A DNA stretch of 64,000 bases, from positions 2,704,504-2,768,503 of the forward strand of contig CM119269.1 in assembly GCA_051294375.1 (NCBI GenBank), written 5' to 3'. Shown here piece after piece: positions 13,848 to 28,121 of this stretch. Position numbers and translations under genes: made by a program. Each line of letters opens with the position of its first letter. The stretch's first letter is position 1. The DNA comes from Paraspadella gotoi (taxonomy: Eukaryota > Animalia > Chaetognatha). The notes under the pieces are model-generated. The model did no database searches, had not been told where the DNA came from, and saw only the letters and a program-made list of their open reading frames with translations.

Positions 13848-14942
13848 CTAGACACGTGATTCCCATCCCCCGTCGTCTCCCCGCATTTAGTCACCATTAA
13901 CCTCTTTTCCAAGCCAAGGATCGGAAAAGTCGACTGTGAGCCAATTTAAGCGGCGATGAAAGCCAATTACGGGAGACGCCTCGTTTTTGAGAACCAATCG
14001 GCGAAAACGGTTTTGCCGAAATGGGAGCGAATAAATATACAATGCGACGCCAAAGCTGGGGAGGGGGTGGTGAATTTTGTCGGGAGGGGGTTGAGTCCCT
14101 TGTGTCTGCTACGTTAAAGTATTCCTAAATAATTAATTATTGAACTGAAATGTGAGAATACCAAACTATAATCTCGACAACGACAAAATTATTAAAAAAT
14201 GAAATAAAAAAAAGAAATAGGAAGGAAAAGGAAAAGAAAAAGAAAAAGAAAAAGAAAAAGAAAGAAGAAAAAAAAAAGAAAAGAAAAGAAAAAGAAAAGA
14301 AATGAAAAGAAAAGAAAAGAGAAAGAGAAAGGAAAAGAGAACAAGCAGAGAAAATCTGATGTCTCTTTCCTCTGGAAGAAAATTGTTTTTATCCAATCCC
14401 ATCAAAGAAAAGGTGGAATCTTTTTCTCTTTTTTTTTATCTTTTCTCCTTTAGTATTTTTTAGTTAGTTCTGAGAAAAAAGTATCATAAAATAAAGAAAA
14501 ATCAATAAAATTAAATGAGGGGAAAAAAAACTTGAGGAGAATTGTTATTAGCATTATCGAGTTTTCGTCTGTACGATTCGAAAAAACTGAATGGCTTAAG
14601 TACTTTATATAAATACATAAACGATGAAATAAACGAACGAACTTTACCTAAAAATATAGTGAAAAAAAACCTTCAGATTTATCCGCTTTTCTTTTTTTTT
14701 TTCGCATCGCACCATCACTTAGTCGAAAAAAAAAGAAGTAAAAAATCAACGCCGTGATGGGAATGAATAAATCATAAGACCTGAGAAAATTGTACTTTGG
14801 AATATCCACGAAAAAAGGCGGGATTTTTGTTTCGTATCAACTTTTGTTGTTTTATTATAAGTTTGTAAAGAAGTCATGGCTTTGACATCTCTCCAATATA
14901 AAAATTATCTATGGTGGAACAAAATCCACCAACCGTTCATCA

Positions 14943-15015
14943 GCGGTCATTGGTGCCGGAGGCAAGTCATTCGCCTCCCAACCCAAAGGTCCGGGGTTCT
15001 ATCCCGGTGGCCGCC
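14943..15015 (+). mobile_element. tRNA-Gly(CCC)-like head, probably of a tRNA-derived SINE (or a tRNA pseudogene)
   Basis: 7-bp acceptor stem GCGGTCA/TGGCCGC, A-box-like TGGTGCCGGAGG, T-arm CCGGG-GTTCTAT-CCCGG and loop CTCCCAA. The anticodon stem does not pair. Hairpins follow (CTGTAACA-TGG-TGTTACAG at ~15049-15067). Confidence 0.6.
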
Positions 15016-15199
15016 TAGCAGTTAAGAGGGACGGGTCGCTTAACCCGCCTGTAACATGGTGTTACAGCCTGATCCGAAGCTCAGAGACTGCTTATATTGA
15101 ACGGTTCTGTCATTAACATTTATCAATAATTATTGACTCTTCATATCATTCATTCGATAAACAAATTATCTTGCCCCCAAATTTGAACTGGCTATGTTA

Positions 15200-15595
15200 A
15201 TTTAAGTCCTTCCTCAGAACCCGGCAAGCTTCCAATCATCTCTCACAGTTTAGTTAAATTTAAATGTCTTTCGTGACTGAGTAATAATTTTTGTTATATC
15301 AATTACAATTTCTCTATTATATATATTAATTGTTTACATAAAAGGTACCCATCAATATCGTCTTTTTTCTGAAAGACAAGATGTAGAACTAGTATGAAAT
15401 CCTGCACCATGTGTATTGTGTAGTTTTAATAATAAGTGGTATACCATCACTTCGCCTGCTATATCTTCTGGATGAAGCTGGAACACCAGCTCTTAGATTA
15501 AAAACAATTGGACATCAATGATACTGATCTTATGAATACTCGGAGTTAACCCACAAAGAATTTGATGCATATATAGTAAAAAAATTGAATTGAAT
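15200..15595 (+). pseudogene. cox2: NUMT: 5' half of mitochondrial cytochrome c oxidase subunit 2
   Basis: With TGA=W, ATA=M and AGA=S it reads LNVFRDWVMIFVMSITISLLYMLIVYMKGTHQYRLFSESQDVELVW, then after a frameshift [44 protein letters not shown]. These are the diagnostic COX2 motifs. It is truncated before the CuA site. Confidence 0.93.
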
Positions 15596-15948
15596 AAAAT
15601 TTTAGAACCTTCAATCATTTACGATAACTGAGAAACTCAGGGATCGTTGTAACATTTTTTCCCACTTGAAGAGTTCGCGTCAAAAAAAAAAAAAACTCGA
15701 CTCTCGTCTAATAACATTAGAGCAAAAATACACGATATGCTTTCCCACGTTTTCCCTTTTCTTTTTTTCCTTTTTTTCTCTTTTCTTTTTTTTTCTTTTT
15801 TTGCTTTTTTTCCTTTTCTCCTCTTATTGGGATTTCTTTTTCCATTGGTTTCTCCAAATAAATAGCAGTCCGCGTACAAGCGTACAGTGAATATTTAGAA
15901 TTGAAAAGAAAAGAGGGCGAGGCGAGTGGAGAGAGAGATGAGAGAGAG

Positions 15949-15983
<35 letters not shown>

Positions 15984-16281
15984 AGCGAGAGCNNNNNNNN
16001 NNNNNNNNNNNNNNNNNNNNNNNNNNNNNNNNNNNNNNNNNNNNNNNNNNNNNNNNNNNNNNNNNNNNNNNNNNNNNNNNNNNNNNNNNNNNNNNNNNNN
16101 NNNNNNNNNNNNNNNNNNNNNNNNNNNNNNNNNNNNNNNNNNNNNNNNNNNNNNNNNNNNNNNNNNNNNNNNNNNNNNNNNNNNNNNNNNNNNNNNNNNN
16201 NNNNNNNGAGCCAGACCTAAATTGACCATTTTCTCTCCAGCAGAAGAAAAGGGGTGAGTGACAAACTGTTCCGGTCACAGA

Positions 16282-16312
<31 letters not shown>

Positions 16313-16419
16313 CCGATATAAGGTTAGAGGAATTGGTAAGCGAGGGAGAACTAAAGCGAATGAGATGGATCGAGACAAAGGAGAGAGAGAGAGAGAAAGG
16401 ACGAATACGACAGTGAAAA

Positions 16420-18150
16420 AGCAGCAGCGCAGCAGCAAAGAAGCTGGAAAGAAAACAAGAGCGAAAAGAAAATATATCCGTTTAAAAAAAAAAAAAAGGA
16501 TTCGATTTTCGTCTTTTATTCAAAGAGAATCGGTAGACCGACTCCATTTGAAGCTTCTTTTTTTTTGGCCAAGTTCGTTGACATCGTCGCGTTCTCCTTG
16601 GAAGGGAAGGTGCGTCCAAGTCATACGTATTCTCGAAGCAGACACTGCGCTTTAATCTTTATCTACCCATTGTACCCAACCGCTCCAGTCGTTCGCTTTC
16701 GCCCGAACGAAATTCGAGCGTCCGCAGCCGACGGATAAACTTCATCCTTCTCCCAATGAATCTTTACTTCAATTAAACGTCTCCTTCAAACCAACCGGAC
16801 TCCTCCACTCCCTTTTTTTTGTCCTAATGAACGTCCCTTAATCCCCTGGAATAACTCACCCTCTTCTCTCGGCTTCCAATGAGCGCCTCCACCCCCCTTA
16901 CTCTCAACAGAGGCGCCTCCGGACGTCTCGGCGTCAAAGATTCTCGAGGGAACAAAAGACGTCGATGCAGTTTTCGCTATGCGGCGTCACGCGTCTCGTG
17001 ACGAGAGCGAGGACGAGGACGAGAAAGAGGGGGGAGGAAGATGAGGGGAGAAGAAGACGAAAGGGGGGGATGAGAAAGGACAACGACGACGAAATTAGAA
17101 AGAAGTAAAAAAAAAAAAAATCGAGATTGAAAATTGAAAAGTGAAGAACAACAATCAGATCGACGAATGGAGTCGGTGAAAAACAAAACGGAAAACAAAC
17201 AGGAAAAAACAAAAAGAATCGAGATGAGATTTGCTTTTTAATTCTCATTCTCACATTTAAGTAAGTAGACAGAGATTTCAACCAAAGTGGATTTATTTCT
17301 CAATATCGGAAGACAAAGAAAGGTGTGAGATAGATGAAATCAATGTGGATACAATCGGTATTTATACATTGGGCTCTCTTTCCCGATGGCATGAAGCCCC
17401 TCTTCTCATTGGTCCATTCCGATAACGGCTCAACCAATCAGAGATTCCACCTTCGATGCTCAGTTTGAAGAGATAAAAAAATAACTGAATTCCGGCCAGA
17501 ATATAAACTTACGGTAGATACAATAATTTAGTAAAGATGAAACTAACCATTGATGTCCAAAGGGGACAAATCTGACTGATCCTTAAGAACCCAAACCAAA
17601 TTGGCGCGAGTTAAAGCGAGATACTATAAAATAGTGAAAATAAAAGAGAAGTTGATGAGCGGAATCGTTATGAGGGCGAACTGAGTGAAACCAATCAGTA
17701 CTCTTTGAAGAAGCCTCTAGAGTTCAAAGGGGGTCGACTTAACACTTGGCTGCAGAGGGAGAGAGAATGGGCGAGAGAGACAGAGCGAGAGAGAGAGAGG
17801 GAGACAGAGACAGAATAGGATTTGCATCGGATTCCCCTCCTTTGTCGCCACCTTTTTCATGTTAAAAAGTTTCTCGGTCTGTTTCCTCGCGTTTCGCTTT
17901 CTGACTTTTTTTTTCTCTCTCTCCATTCATTTCGATTCTCCGCGTTTTAACGTCAGTTTTTTTTTAATTTTAAAGGATTAATTATACCTTTCCAACTTTA
18001 ATCGCTTGCCTCTTTTTAAGGTATTATTCCATTTTTTTTATCGGCCGTTTTTAAAACGAAGCATTTCGAAAGTCAGCGATGAGTAAATTTTTCAGGAACG
18101 AAAAAAACAATATTTTCCTACGTCAGGTTCTCGAATTTTTTTCTGATATT

Positions 18151-18193
<43 letters not shown>

Positions 18194-18315
18194 TCCCCCT
18201 TTCACCCGCTCGTGCCCGATGATTTGGCATGAACGTTGAATTTTCTTTTTCAGATTTTCTCAACCGCGAAGAGATGAAAGGAGAGAAGCGGCGACGTCAG
18301 CGACGTCGGCGGGAG
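16420..18315 (+). repeat. Direct copy of block 23190-24960
   Basis: Collinear near-identity with indel noise, e.g. AAGATTCTCGAGGGAACAAAAGACGTCGATGCAG at ~16937 and ~23645. Confidence 0.9.
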
Positions 18316-19179
18316 AGAAGATCTACCTCCTCCCCATTTCCTCTATCGATAAGACTCCTCCCGCCTCTCGACCTCACCTCCGACGAAAAAGGGGCGGGAC
18401 CGAAATTGACCCCAGAGAAGCGCGGGCGAGAAGAACGAGAGAAGGGAGGAAAAAGAAAGAAAGGAAAGGAAGGAGGACGAAGAGGAGAATGAGGAGGAAG
18501 GACCCCGGAGGAGATTGAAGGAAGGATAAAAGGAAAAAAAAGGTTGGGGATAGTCTCTCGGAATTTATAAGTGTTGGAATTAAGAAGTTGGATAGAGACG
18601 GATATGGATAGAGAAGTTGGATAGAGACGGATATGGATAGAGACGGAAAAATTTGAGAAAGAAAGAGTAAAGAAGAAAGCGAAACGCGGAAAAGCCTAAA
18701 AATAGGTGTATTAGCAAAGGGAGAAAATAAGTAGAGCAAAAAAAAAAAAAAAATATGTGGGCAGGCAAGAAAAAAAAAGAAAGAAAAAGAAAAATTTATA
18801 GACAAGAATGAAAGGAAAGAAAAAGGTGGGAGTTCGAAAGGAGAAATTTAAAAGAAGAAAGATTGCGCACTGAGAACAATGATTAAAAAAAAAATTGAGA
18901 GAAAAACCTCGGAAAAAAAAGATAAGAGTCGAAAGGGGGCAGATAGTGTTAGCCCTTGGAGCGATAATACGCAATAAAATGCGAAAGAAGATTGATAACG
19001 CGTTGGTAAATAAGTAAGTACTAAGGTACACGCATGTTGAAAAAAAAATGGTGGCTTAAGGAAAATTACAAAGATCGAAAGGAAAGGTGAGTTAGGGTGG
19101 GATCGTTGATAGATACAATTAGAAATCAAAGGTAACGAAGAGACATAAAAGGAAAGCAAAAGAAAATATAAAATAAAGA

Positions 19180-19525
19180 ACAAAATCGGTCCATCGGTGT
19201 TGCGCCGCGGTGACTTTCTTTTCACGTGTATTTCCTTGTGATCACATGACTACATGACTTGGCAATTTATGTTTAACAAACGTCTTTATAAGTATTTGTA
19301 TTTATGACACGCCACTGCATAGAATTCTGTGTTTTATTCTTTATAGTTCTAGGACTTCCTGAAGGCGGCGCGAGTAGTCCTCTAGATTTAAGGTTTTTTC
19401 CGTCTTAACAATGAGCAACAAAGTATAGGCTAGTTATTTGCATTTTTGATGTAAGTGGGACGGACCGACCGACAGACCGACTTATAGAGTTGTTCCGCGG
19501 GTACTCACGGCGCAACTAAAAAAAG
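19180..19525 (+). mobile_element. Copy of the HINE/DINE-like repeat (rc copies at ~26700-27020 and ~32895-33243)
   Basis: Similar to 308-665. 3' hairpin AGTTG..CCGCGGGTACTCACGG..CAACT followed by an A-run. Confidence 0.7.
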
Positions 19526-19759
19526 GAAGAGAAATATATGGAAAGGAAATGATCATACTAAGAGAGAAAAGAAAAGAATGAAACGCAGAATGAAAGGAAA
19601 GCAAAAGGAAAAGGAAAGAAAATCCCACGGGACGGAATGAAAATGCGGGAGGAACGACGAGGAAAAAAAAAACTGTGGCGCAACGCGAGGGAATTTCCTC
19701 GGTAATAAACAACAACAACTACAACAACAGCGAATCCCTGACGATGGACGAGACGGAGA

Positions 19760-19990
19760 AAAGGTAGGAAAGAAGGGGAGAAGTGGGGAAAAAGAGGAAG
19801 GGTAGGAAAGAAGGAGAGAAATGGGGAAGAGGAGAAAGGGTAGGAAAGAAGGAGAGAAGTGGGGAAAAAGAGAAAGGGTAGGAAAGAAGGAGAGAAGTGG
19901 AGAAAAAGAGAAAGGGTAAGAAAGAAGGAGCGAAGTGGGGAAAAAGAGAAGTAGGAAGAAGGAGAGAGGTGGGAAGAGAAAAGGATAGAG
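19760..19990. repeat. Purine-rich minisatellite, ~38-bp unit AAAGGGTAGGAAAGAAGGAGAGAAGTGGGGAAAAAGAG (rc copies at ~26240-26465 and ~32500-32660)
   Basis: About five degenerate tandem units are visible. Confidence 0.85.
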
Positions 19991-22900
19991 AAAATTAGTA
20001 AATTAGACAAAAATTGTTAGAATAAGATGAGAGAAAAGTAGAATAAAAAATCTTTATTCTCTATTACGAGGGAAATAGATACTTCTCTTGCCTCGTTCAA
20101 GCCGCGGCCTAATTGTTCCCGAAATAAACAACAATAAACACCATGAGACGAGCAATTGGCATCAATTTGTGTTGGTCCTCGGGGGTTGAAGAGGAGGAGG
20201 CGGATGAGGAGCCTCTCAACGAGTCCTTGAAGCGGTCATGTCTTGAGTCGTGCCTTATGCCTGGCCATTCGTCCGAGATTTTGACGGTTATACTGCCACC
20301 TAGCAGTCGCGAGAAGATTTATTGCCTTACTTTCTCTCTCTCTCTCTCTCTCTCCCTCTTCTGACCCTTTAAAAAGACGGACTAAGTTCGTACACTGGAA
20401 CTTTCGACCTTTTCCGACCGGATGCTGTCACATCGAGGCTTCGTTTGCCTTGAAAAATGAGGTATATTTTCCTCGGCTTTGTATTCCTCCTTTTGCGGCG
20501 GACCGTTATCTACATTGCCTTAGTTCGTGGTCGTTTGACCGCTTATTGCTTAATGCCTTTTTTAGTAATTGATTGCCCGTCGTTGATTGTCATTAAATGG
20601 CCAAAATAATATTTTTTTTCTCCATAGGTATCAAGTGCATTTGATAAACGTTTGCACTTTTACTGACATTTCCCCAAATTATCCTTAACAGAGACACAAC
20701 GAAATGTAAAGTTGTAAAAAAAAAAAGTGTAAGTACATCAGTAATTTGTTTTATTATCATACTTTTATGAAGAGGAGAAATCGAAATACATCACATACCG
20801 AGAAAAACAAATCAATTAAGATTAAAAGTGAGTGAATTCTCGAGCCATTGCAAATTAAAAAAAAAAAACTCGAAGCATGAATATTGAATAAGCGGCAAAG
20901 CTCAGCCGAGATTCTCCGAGAAAATAGGAGGATGACGCGAAAAAAATGATTTTCCGCAATCTGATAAAAAAAGTTTTGAAAAAAAAAAAGTTAAAAAATA
21001 TAAACTTCTTCAAGTGAAATATATATTTCGGTCGGGATCACATCTTCTTCGGTCGACGGCGTCACGACGCGCGCGAACGTCTCCGTGACATCTTGACGCT
21101 CGTCGAATTTGACGCTGCGTCAAAAAAAAAAAAAAAAAAAAAATCACGCCACGTTTTTCCGACGTAATTCATCAAAAGTAATGAGACGCGTCACTTGACG
21201 TGGATTCCCGACCAGGATTTGCCCGACGTTAAACGTGACCCCCTGCGCGAACGAAACGTCAAAGCCTCGCTCTCTTTTTTTCACGCGGCGCGTACATGAC
21301 GTTGGGGGGGGGCGGGAGGCGCTGACGGAACGCGGCGTGCTGACGCCGTGGGACGCGGAACGATTCCCGCCGACCGCTNNNNNNNNNNNNNNNNNNNNNN
21401 NNNCTTCCGTGACATCTTGACGCTCGTCGAATTTGACGCTGCGTCAAAAAAAAAAAAAAAAAAAAAATCACGCCACGTTTTTCCGACGTATTCATCAAAG
21501 TAAGAGACGCGTCACTTGACGTGGATTCCCACCAGGATTTGCCCGACTTTAAACGTGACCCCCTGCGCGAACGAAACGTCAAAGCCCGCTCTTTTTTTTT
21601 CACGCGGCGCGTGACATGACGTTGGGGGGGGGCGGGAGGCGTGCGGACGCGGCGTGTGCGCCGTGGACGGGCGGAACGATTCCCGCCGACTCGCTGACGT
21701 CGCCGCTTCTCTCCTTCACTCTTCGCGGTTTGAGAAAATCTGAAAAAGAAAATTTCACGTTCATGCCAATCATCGGGCACGAAGGTGAAAGGGGGAAGAG
21801 AGAGAGGAGGAGAGAAGAGAGAGAGAGAGAAGAGAGAGAGAGAAAGAGAGAGAGAGAGGAGAGAGAGAGAAAGAAATATCAGAAAAATTCGGAACTGACG
21901 TAGGAAAATATTGTTTTTTCGTTCCTGAAAATTTACTCATCGCTGACTTTCGAAATGCTTCGTTTTAAAAACGGCCGATAAAAAAATGGAATAATACCTT
22001 AAAAAGAGGCAAGCGATTAAAGTTGGAAAGGTATAATTAATCCTTTAAAATTAAAAAAAAAACTGACGTTTAAAACGCGGAGAATCGAAATGAATGGAGA
22101 GAGAGAAAAAAAAAGTCAGAAAGCGAAACGCGAGGAACAGACCGAGAAACTTTTTAACATGAAAAAGGTGGCACAAAGGAGGGAATCCGATGCAAATCTA
22201 TCTGTCTCTGTCTCCCTCCTCTCTTCGCTCTGTCTCTCTCCCCTTCTCTCTCCCTCTGCAGCCAAGTGTTAAGTCGACCCCTTTGAACTCTAGAGGCTTC
22301 TTCAAAGAGTACTGATTGGTTTCACTCAGTTTCGCCCTCATAACGATTCCGCTCATCAACTTCTCTTTTATTTTTACTATTTTATAGTATCTCGCTTTAA
22401 CTCGCGCCAATTTGGTTTGGGTTCTTAAGGATCAGTCAATTTGTCCCTTTGTCAGGGGTATTTTCATCTTTTACTAATTATTATCACTCAGTTATATTCT
22501 GGCCGGATTCATTATTTTATCTTTCAAACTGAGCATCGAATGGAATCTCTGATTGGTTGATCTTATCGTCCAATGAGAAGAGGGGCTTTCATGCCATCGG
22601 GAAAGAGATACGAAATCTATGTTTGTACTATATGCCCTATATAGTATATATTTATCTCGCATATATGATATATATGAATAAATACATCCGACGTTCCGTG
22701 TCACGGACCGCATGTCATATGTTCTTCTTTCAATTCAACTTTTTTTTTTTTATTCTTTTCTATATCTAGTTTTTCGTTGTTTGTTTGTCCTCTTTTCTCT
22801 CTTCTCTCTCTCTCTCTTTATATCTCTTGTTCTTCCTCTCCCTTCATTCCTCCCCCCCCCCGCCCTCTTTATCTGACTGCATAGTCTATATGCATTTATG

Positions 22901-24781
22901 GTCCTCGAGAACTGACGCTCGCAGAAGTGGGAGGCGGCTCATGGAAGCCGAGAGAGAGGTGATTATTTCCATGGATAAGTGATATAAAAAAAGGATCTCT
23001 TTGGAAGAGAAGAGATAGACAGGGAGAGGATAAGTATCGCGTCGGCCGAAAGAAGCTGCTCTGCGTAATATATACGACGCGAGCGTGGGTACAATGGTAG
23101 AAAAGATAAATAATATACCGTCGCGTACTTAATAAGTAGAGAAATAATATTTAGAACTCCCGTTTTCCTCCCCCCCGGTGAGAGAGGATAGAAGGCTGGA
23201 AAGAAAACAGAGCGAAAAGAAATATACCGTTTAAAAAAAAAAAAAAAAGGATTCGATTTTACGTCTATTCAGAGAATCGTAGACGCACTCCCACTCATTG
23301 GCAGATAGCTTTCTGCCAGCGTGAATGCCCCTGGAGAATGTGGCCAAGTATACGTATTTCGAGCAGCCACTTGCGCTTTAATCTTTATCTACCCATGACC
23401 CAACCGCTCCAGTCGTTCGCTTTCGCCCGAACGAAATTCGAGCGTCCGCAGCCGACGGATAAACCACCCTTCCCCAAGAAACTTACCTAAGTTAAACGTC
23501 TCCTTCAAACCAACCGGACTCCTCCATCCCTTTTTTTTTTGTCCTAATGAACGTCCCCAATCCCGTAAAACCACCCTCTCTCGGCTTCCAATGAGCCCCT
23601 CCACCCCCCTTACTCTCAACAGAGCGCCTCGGACGTCTCGGCTAAAGATTCTCGAGGGAACAAAAGACGTCGATGCAGTTTTCGCTATGCGGCGTCAGCG
23701 TCTCGACGAGAGCGAGGACAGGACGAGAAAGAGGGGGAGGAAGATGAGCGAGAGGAAAGACGAAAGGGGGATGAGAAAGGACAACGACGACGAAAAAAAA
23801 GTAAAAAAAAAAAAAAAATCCGAGATTGAAATTGAAAGTGAAGAACAACAATCAGATCGACGAATGGAGTCGGTGAAAACAACGAAAAACAAAACATAGG
23901 AAAAACAAAAAGAATCGAGATGAGTATGCTTTTTAATTCTCATCTCCATAAGAAGTAGACGAGAGAACCAAGTGGATTTATTTCCAACTGGAAGACAAAG
24001 AAAGGTGTGAGAGAGAGAATCAAGTGGATACAATCGGTATTTATACATGGGTCTTTCCGATGGCATGAAGCCCCTCTTCTCATTGGTCCATTCCGATAAC
24101 GGCTCAACCAATCAGAGATTCCACCTTCGATGCTCAGTTTGAAGAGATATAAAAAATAACTGAATTCCGCCAGAATATAAACTACGGTAGATACAAAATT
24201 AGAAAGAAAAAAGCATGACCAAAGGGGACAAATCTGACTGATCCTTAAGAACCCAAACAAATTGGCGGCGGTTAAAGCGAGATACTATAAAATAGTAAAA
24301 TAAAGAGAAGTTGATGACCGGAATCGTTATGAGGCGAACTGGGTGAAAGCAATCAGTACTCTTTGAAGAAGCTCAGAGTCATAGGGGGTCGACTAACACT
24401 TGGCGCATGAGGGAGAGAGAATGGGCGAGAGACAGACGAGAGAAGAGAGGGAGACAGAGACAGAAATAGGATTTGCATCGGATTCCTCCTTTGTCGCCAC
24501 CTTTTCATGTTAAAAAGGTCTCGGTCGTGTTCCTCGCGTCGCTTGCTGACTTTTTTCTCTCTCTCCATCATTTCGTTCTCCGCGTTTAACGTCAGTTTTT
24601 TTTAATTTAAAGGATAAATAACCTTTCCAACTTAATCGCTTGCCTCTTTTTAAGGTATTATTCCATTTTTTATCGGCGTTTTTAAAACGAAGCATTTCGA
24701 AAGTCAGCGATGAGTAAATTTTTCAGGAACGAAAAAAACATATTTTCCTACGTCAGGGTTCTCGAATTTTTCTGATATTCT

Positions 24782-24834
<53 letters not shown>

Positions 24835-27800
24835 CTCCCCCTCTCTCCCCTCCCTTCACCCGCTCGTGCCGATGATTGGCATGAACGTTGAATTTTCTTT
24901 TTTCAGATCTCACCGCGAAGAGATGAATGGAGAGAAGCGGCGACGTCAGCGACGTCGCGGGAATCGTTCCGCGTCCCACGGCGCACACGCGCTCCGTCAC
25001 GCCCTCCCGCCCCCCCCCCAACGTCATGTCACGCGCCGCGTGAAAAAAAAGAGCGAGGCTTTGACGTTTCGTTCGCGCAGGGGCACGTTTAACGTCGGGC
25101 AAATCCTGCCGGGAACCACGTCAAGTGACGCGCTCTTTACTTGATGAATTACGTCGGAAAAACGTGGCGTGATTTTTTTTTTTTTTTTTTTGACGCAGCG
25201 TCAAATCGACGAGCGTCAAGATTGTCACGGAACGTTCGCGCGGCGTCCTGACCCGTCGACGCGAGAAGATGTATCCCGAACCGAATAAAACACGAAAAGT
25301 AAAAATTTTTATAATAAAATCAGATGCCGGAAATCTCGCGTATTTTCTCGGGGAATCTCGGCTGATCTCCCCGCTTATTCAATATTCATGCTTCGAGTTT
25401 TTTTTTTTTTAATGCAATGGCTCGAGAATTCACTCACTTAACTTAAATTGATTTGTTCTCGGTATGTATTTATTCAATAATAATATGATAATAAAAACAT
25501 TACTGTGTAATTTCATACTTTTTTTTTTTTCTTTTTTTTGAAACTTGATTCAAATATTTCTCGTTTAAAAAATCAATAATTATAAAGTGCATATAAAAAT
25601 ACTTGTAATAATCAAACACGATACAGGGAAATAAAAAAGCCAAGACAACAAGACGGGCAATCAATTACTAAAAAAGGCATAAGAAATAAAGCAGTCAAAA
25701 CACCGAACTAACGCAAAGTGAGATAACGGTCCGCGACAAAAGGAGAAGAATACAAAGCCGAGGAAATAATACCTCATTTTTCAAGGCAAACGAAGCCTCG
25801 ATGTGACAGCATCCGTCGGGAAAAAGGTCAAAAGTTCCAGTACGAATTAGTCCACGCATAGAAAGAGGCAGAGAGAGAGAGAGAAGAGAAAGAAAGTAAG
25901 CAATAAAATCTCGCGACTGCTAGTGGGCAGCTATAACCGTCAAAAATCTCGGACGAAATGGCCGGAGCATAAGCACGACTCAAGACGAGACCGCTTCAAG
26001 GACTGGTTGAGAGGTCCTCATCCGCCTCCTCTTCCCCCGAAAACCAACATCAATGAGCAATTGCTCGTCTCAGGGTGTTTATTGTTGTTTATTTCAGGAA
26101 CAATTAGGCCGCGGTTGAACGAGGCCAAGAGAAGTATCTATTACCTCGTAATTGAAGATAAAAGATTTTTTATTCTACTTTTCTCTCATCTTATTCTAAC
26201 CAATTTTTGTCCTGCTAATTTACTAATTTCTCTATCCTTTCTCTTTTCCCACCTTCTCCCTTCTTCCTACCCTTCTCTTTTTCCCCACTTCTCTCCTTCT
26301 TTCTTACCCTTTCTCTCTTTTTCTCCACTTCTCTCCTTCTTTCCTACCCCTTTCTCTTTTTCCCCACTTCTCTCCTTCTTTCCTACCCTTTCTCCTCTTC
26401 CCCATTTCTCTCCTTCTTTCTACCCTTCCTCTTTTCCCCACTTCATCCCCTTCTTTCCTACCTTTTCTCCGTCTCGTCCATCGTTCAGGGATTCGCTGTT
26501 GTTGTAGTGGTGTTTATTACCGAGGAAATTCCCTCGCGTTGCGCCCACAGTTTTTTTTTCCTCGTCGTTCCTCCCGCATTTTCATTCCGTCCCGTGGGAT
26601 TTTCTTTCCTTTTCCTTTTGCTTTTCCTTTCATTTTGCGTTTCATTCTTTTCTTTTCTCTCTTAGTAGATCATTTCTTTTCCATATATTTCTCTTCCTTT
26701 TTTTAGTTGCGCCGTTAGTACCCCGGAACAACTCTATAAGTCGGTCTGTGGTCTTCTGCTCCTCCACTACTATCAAAAATGAAATAACTAGCCATACTTG
26801 TTGTTATTTGTTAAGACCGAAAAAACCTTAAAATATAGGACTCACCGCGCCGCCTCAGGAAGTCCTAGAACTATAAAGATTAAAACACAGAATTCCTATG
26901 CCATGGCGTGTCTAAAATACATATTCATATATAAATACGTTTGTTAAACACTAAGATGCCAAGTCATGTAGTCAGTCGATCAAAAATACACGGAAATTAT
27001 CACTCGAAAAATGGACCATTTTCTTTACTCTATATTTCCTATTCGTTACCTTTGATTTTCTAATTGTATCTATCAACGATATCCATAAACTCACCTTTCC
27101 TTTCGATCTTTGTAACCCTTAGACCACCATTTTTTCAACAGCGTGTACCTTAGTACTTATTATTTACCAACGCGTATCATATCTTCTTCGCATTTATTTG
27201 CGTATATTCCTCCAAGGGCTAACACTATCTGCCCCCTTCGATCTTATCTTTTTTTCGAGGATTTTTCTCTCAATTTTTTTTAATTCATTGTTCTCAGGTG
27301 CCGCAATCTTCTTCTTCAAATTTCTCCTTTCGAACTCCACCTTTTCTTCCTTTCATTCTTGTCTATAAATTTTCTTTCTTTCTTTTCTGCCTCCCACAAT
27401 ATTTTTTTTTTGCTCTACTTATTTTCTCCCTTTGCAAATAACCTATTTTTAGGCTTTTCCGCGTTTCGGCTTTCTCTTTACTCTTCTCTTCTCAAATTTT
27501 CCGTCTCTATCCATATCCGTCTCTATCTCAACTTCTCTATCCATATCCGTCTCTATCCAACTTCTTAATTCCAACACTTATAAATTCCGAGAGACTATCC
27601 CCACCCTTTTTTTCTTTTTCCTTCCTTTCAATCTCCTCGGGGTCCTTCCTTCTCATTCTCCTCTCGTCCTCCTTTCCTTTCCTTTCTTTTCTCCTCCCTT
27701 CTCTCGTTCTTCTCCGCCGCGCTTCTCTGGGGTCATATTTTCGGTCCCGCCCCTTTTTCGCGGAGGTGAGGTCGAGAGGCGGGAGGAGTCTTATCGATAG

Positions 27801-28121
27801 AGGAAATGGGGAGAGTAGGGAGAGCTGGTAGGATGAATGTGAACCACGAGAGGAGGAGGAAAGTATAGCCGAAGGCGAGGCCGTTTCAACATTTTTTAGA
27901 TTATAAAACTAACATGTAGAATTTATAATGCACATTTTATTATTGATAACCACGGAATTGAATTTATTATTTGACATTCAAGTTAAGGCTTTCATGGAGT
28001 CAAAGTTCGTCAATACTAATATTGTTGTAAAATTTATTTAACATTTTTTTTATGCAAAAAACAAAAAAAGAATTTATCGTACGCTTTTGGTTTCTTCGGT
28101 AATCTCACTTTTTTAATAATA

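Larger units (their letters stand above)
18320..27820. repeat. Large inverted repeat (~4.7-kb arms) centred near 23160-23190
   Basis: 18321 TCTACCTCCTCCCCATTTCCTCTATCGATAAG.. is the reverse complement of ~27771-27817. 21400-22480 is the reverse complement of ~24190-25230. The left arm degrades strongly toward the centre. Confidence 0.88.
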
